Positions 63,374 to 64,000 of a stretch of DNA of 64,000 nt are shown here, piece after piece; the stretch's first letter is position 1; every line of letters begins with the position of its first letter. Under the pieces are notes generated by a model. That model was not told where the DNA came from. It saw only the letters and a list, made by a program, of their open reading frames with translations, and did not search any database. Source of the stretch: Clostridiales bacterium (GTDB lineage Bacteria; Bacillota; Clostridia; Oscillospirales; QAMX01); contig JAEDMJ010000001.1 of NCBI GenBank assembly GCA_016303065.1, positions 24,835 through 88,834 on the forward strand, read 5' to 3'. The position numbers and the translations under genes were made by a program.

Positions 63374-64000
63374 ATGGCACTCAAATTTGCGGTCATCGGC
63401 TGCGGCGGAATGGGACGCTGCCATTCCGAAGGTTTCAAAAGTCTGGGCAACGACGTTATTACCATGGCAGCCTGCTGCGACATTGTACCCGAAAAGGCCG
63501 AAGCGTTCAAGGAGCGTTTCGGATACGAAAAGGCATACACCGACTACAAGCAGATGCTCAAAGAGGTTCGCCCCGACCTTGTAGCCGTCACCACCTGGAA
63601 CGCGGCTCACGCTCCCTGCACGATAGATTCTCTGGAAGCGGGCGCAAACGTCTTCTGCGAAAAGCCCATGGCAATGAACGCCGCAGAAGCCCAGGCCATG
63701 AAGGATACCGCAGAGCGCTGCGGCAAAGTTCTTCAGATCGGATTTGTCCGCCGTTTCGGCAACGACGCCGCTGCTGCAAAAAAGTTCATCGACCAGGGAA
63801 TCCTCGGCGATCCGGTCTACGCCCGCGCGTTTTATCTGCGCCGCCGCGGCTGTCCCGGCACCTGGTTCGGCGACAAAACCTTTTCCGGCGGCGGTCCGCT
63901 CATCGACATCGGCGTTCACGTGCTTGACCTTGCGCGCTACCTCATGGGTAATCCGAAGCCCGTCAGCGTTTTCGGCACCGTCAACGACAGGATCCACCTC
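63374..64000 (+). CDS. Gfo/Idh/MocA-family oxidoreductase (partial; continues beyond the window)
   Basis: FAVIGCGGMGRCH Rossmann motif and EKPMA motif. GGAGG ribosome-binding site at 63358. No stop codon within the window. Confidence 0.8.
   Translation, partial: MALKFAVIGCGGMGRCHSEGFKSLGNDVITMAACCDIVPEKAEAFKERFGYEKAYTDYKQMLKEVRPDLVAVTTWNAAHAPCTIDSLEAGANVFCEKPMAMNAAEAQAMKDTAERCGKVLQIGFVRRFGNDAAAAKKFIDQGILGDPVYARAFYLRRRGCPGTWFGDKTFSGGGPLIDIGVHVLDLARYLMGNPKPVSVFGTVNDRIHL

Noticed and set aside
1-64000. Looked for CRISPR repeats, tRNA/rRNA genes, transposases, integrases or phage structural genes
   Set aside because: No regularly spaced direct repeats, no cloverleaf-like tRNA candidates noticed in intergenic regions, and no recombinase or transposase motifs in any translated ORF. 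The window appears to be core chromosome with accessory-like operons rather than a mobile island.

Overview
High-GC (about 60%) Firmicutes/Clostridia-like chromosomal segment that is densely coded on both strands. I recognised no rRNA, tRNA, CRISPR array, transposase or integrase by eye.

Housekeeping genes I could recognise:
- OmpR-type response regulator, NAD kinase, NfnAB-type ferredoxin:NADP oxidoreductase pair, DNA polymerase I, rimI, tsaD, an isocitrate/isopropylmalate-family dehydrogenase, rex.
- A type IIA topoisomerase B/A pair, htpG, single-chain purL, two Gfo/Idh/MocA oxidoreductases, two aldo/keto reductases and an MscS channel.

Less ordinary content:
- A SAMHD1-like HD-domain dNTPase directly downstream of a very large Ig-repeat/GLUG surface protein.
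- A cytoplasmic GH38 alpha-mannosidase.
- A GldA/GldF/GldG-like ABC system with a DUF4340 protein.
- A eukaryotic-type (His6/TIGR02129-like) ProFAR isomerase translationally coupled to a protein of unknown function.
- A 136-aa minimal RecA/KaiC-like P-loop protein placed convergently to a DUF1540 Cys-rich protein.
- An NfeD-flotillin pair.
- An AraM-like glycerol-1-phosphate dehydrogenase / HAD-IIA / BadF-type kinase operon.
- A tightly coupled four-gene operon: AKR-FeS, RlmI-like methyltransferase, TIGR01212 radical SAM, and a membrane protein with an EF-Tu-like beta-barrel.
- A minus-strand cluster: split half-size TSUP/TauE pair, RACo-like 2Fe-2S/ASKHA activase, nitroreductase, small ORF, orphan family-5 SBP lipoprotein.
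- An XRE-HTH+TPR (RRNPP-like) regulator overlapping an ABC exporter, next to a 507-aa polytopic membrane protein and a divergent CPBP intramembrane protease.

Several sigma-A-like promoters, some with an extended -10, and rho-independent terminators are visible, including an unusual 490-bp convergent intergenic region packed with tandem hairpin/T-run elements.

Many long ORFs in the six-frame track are antisense shadow ORFs of real genes, which is typical for high-GC DNA, and were rejected.
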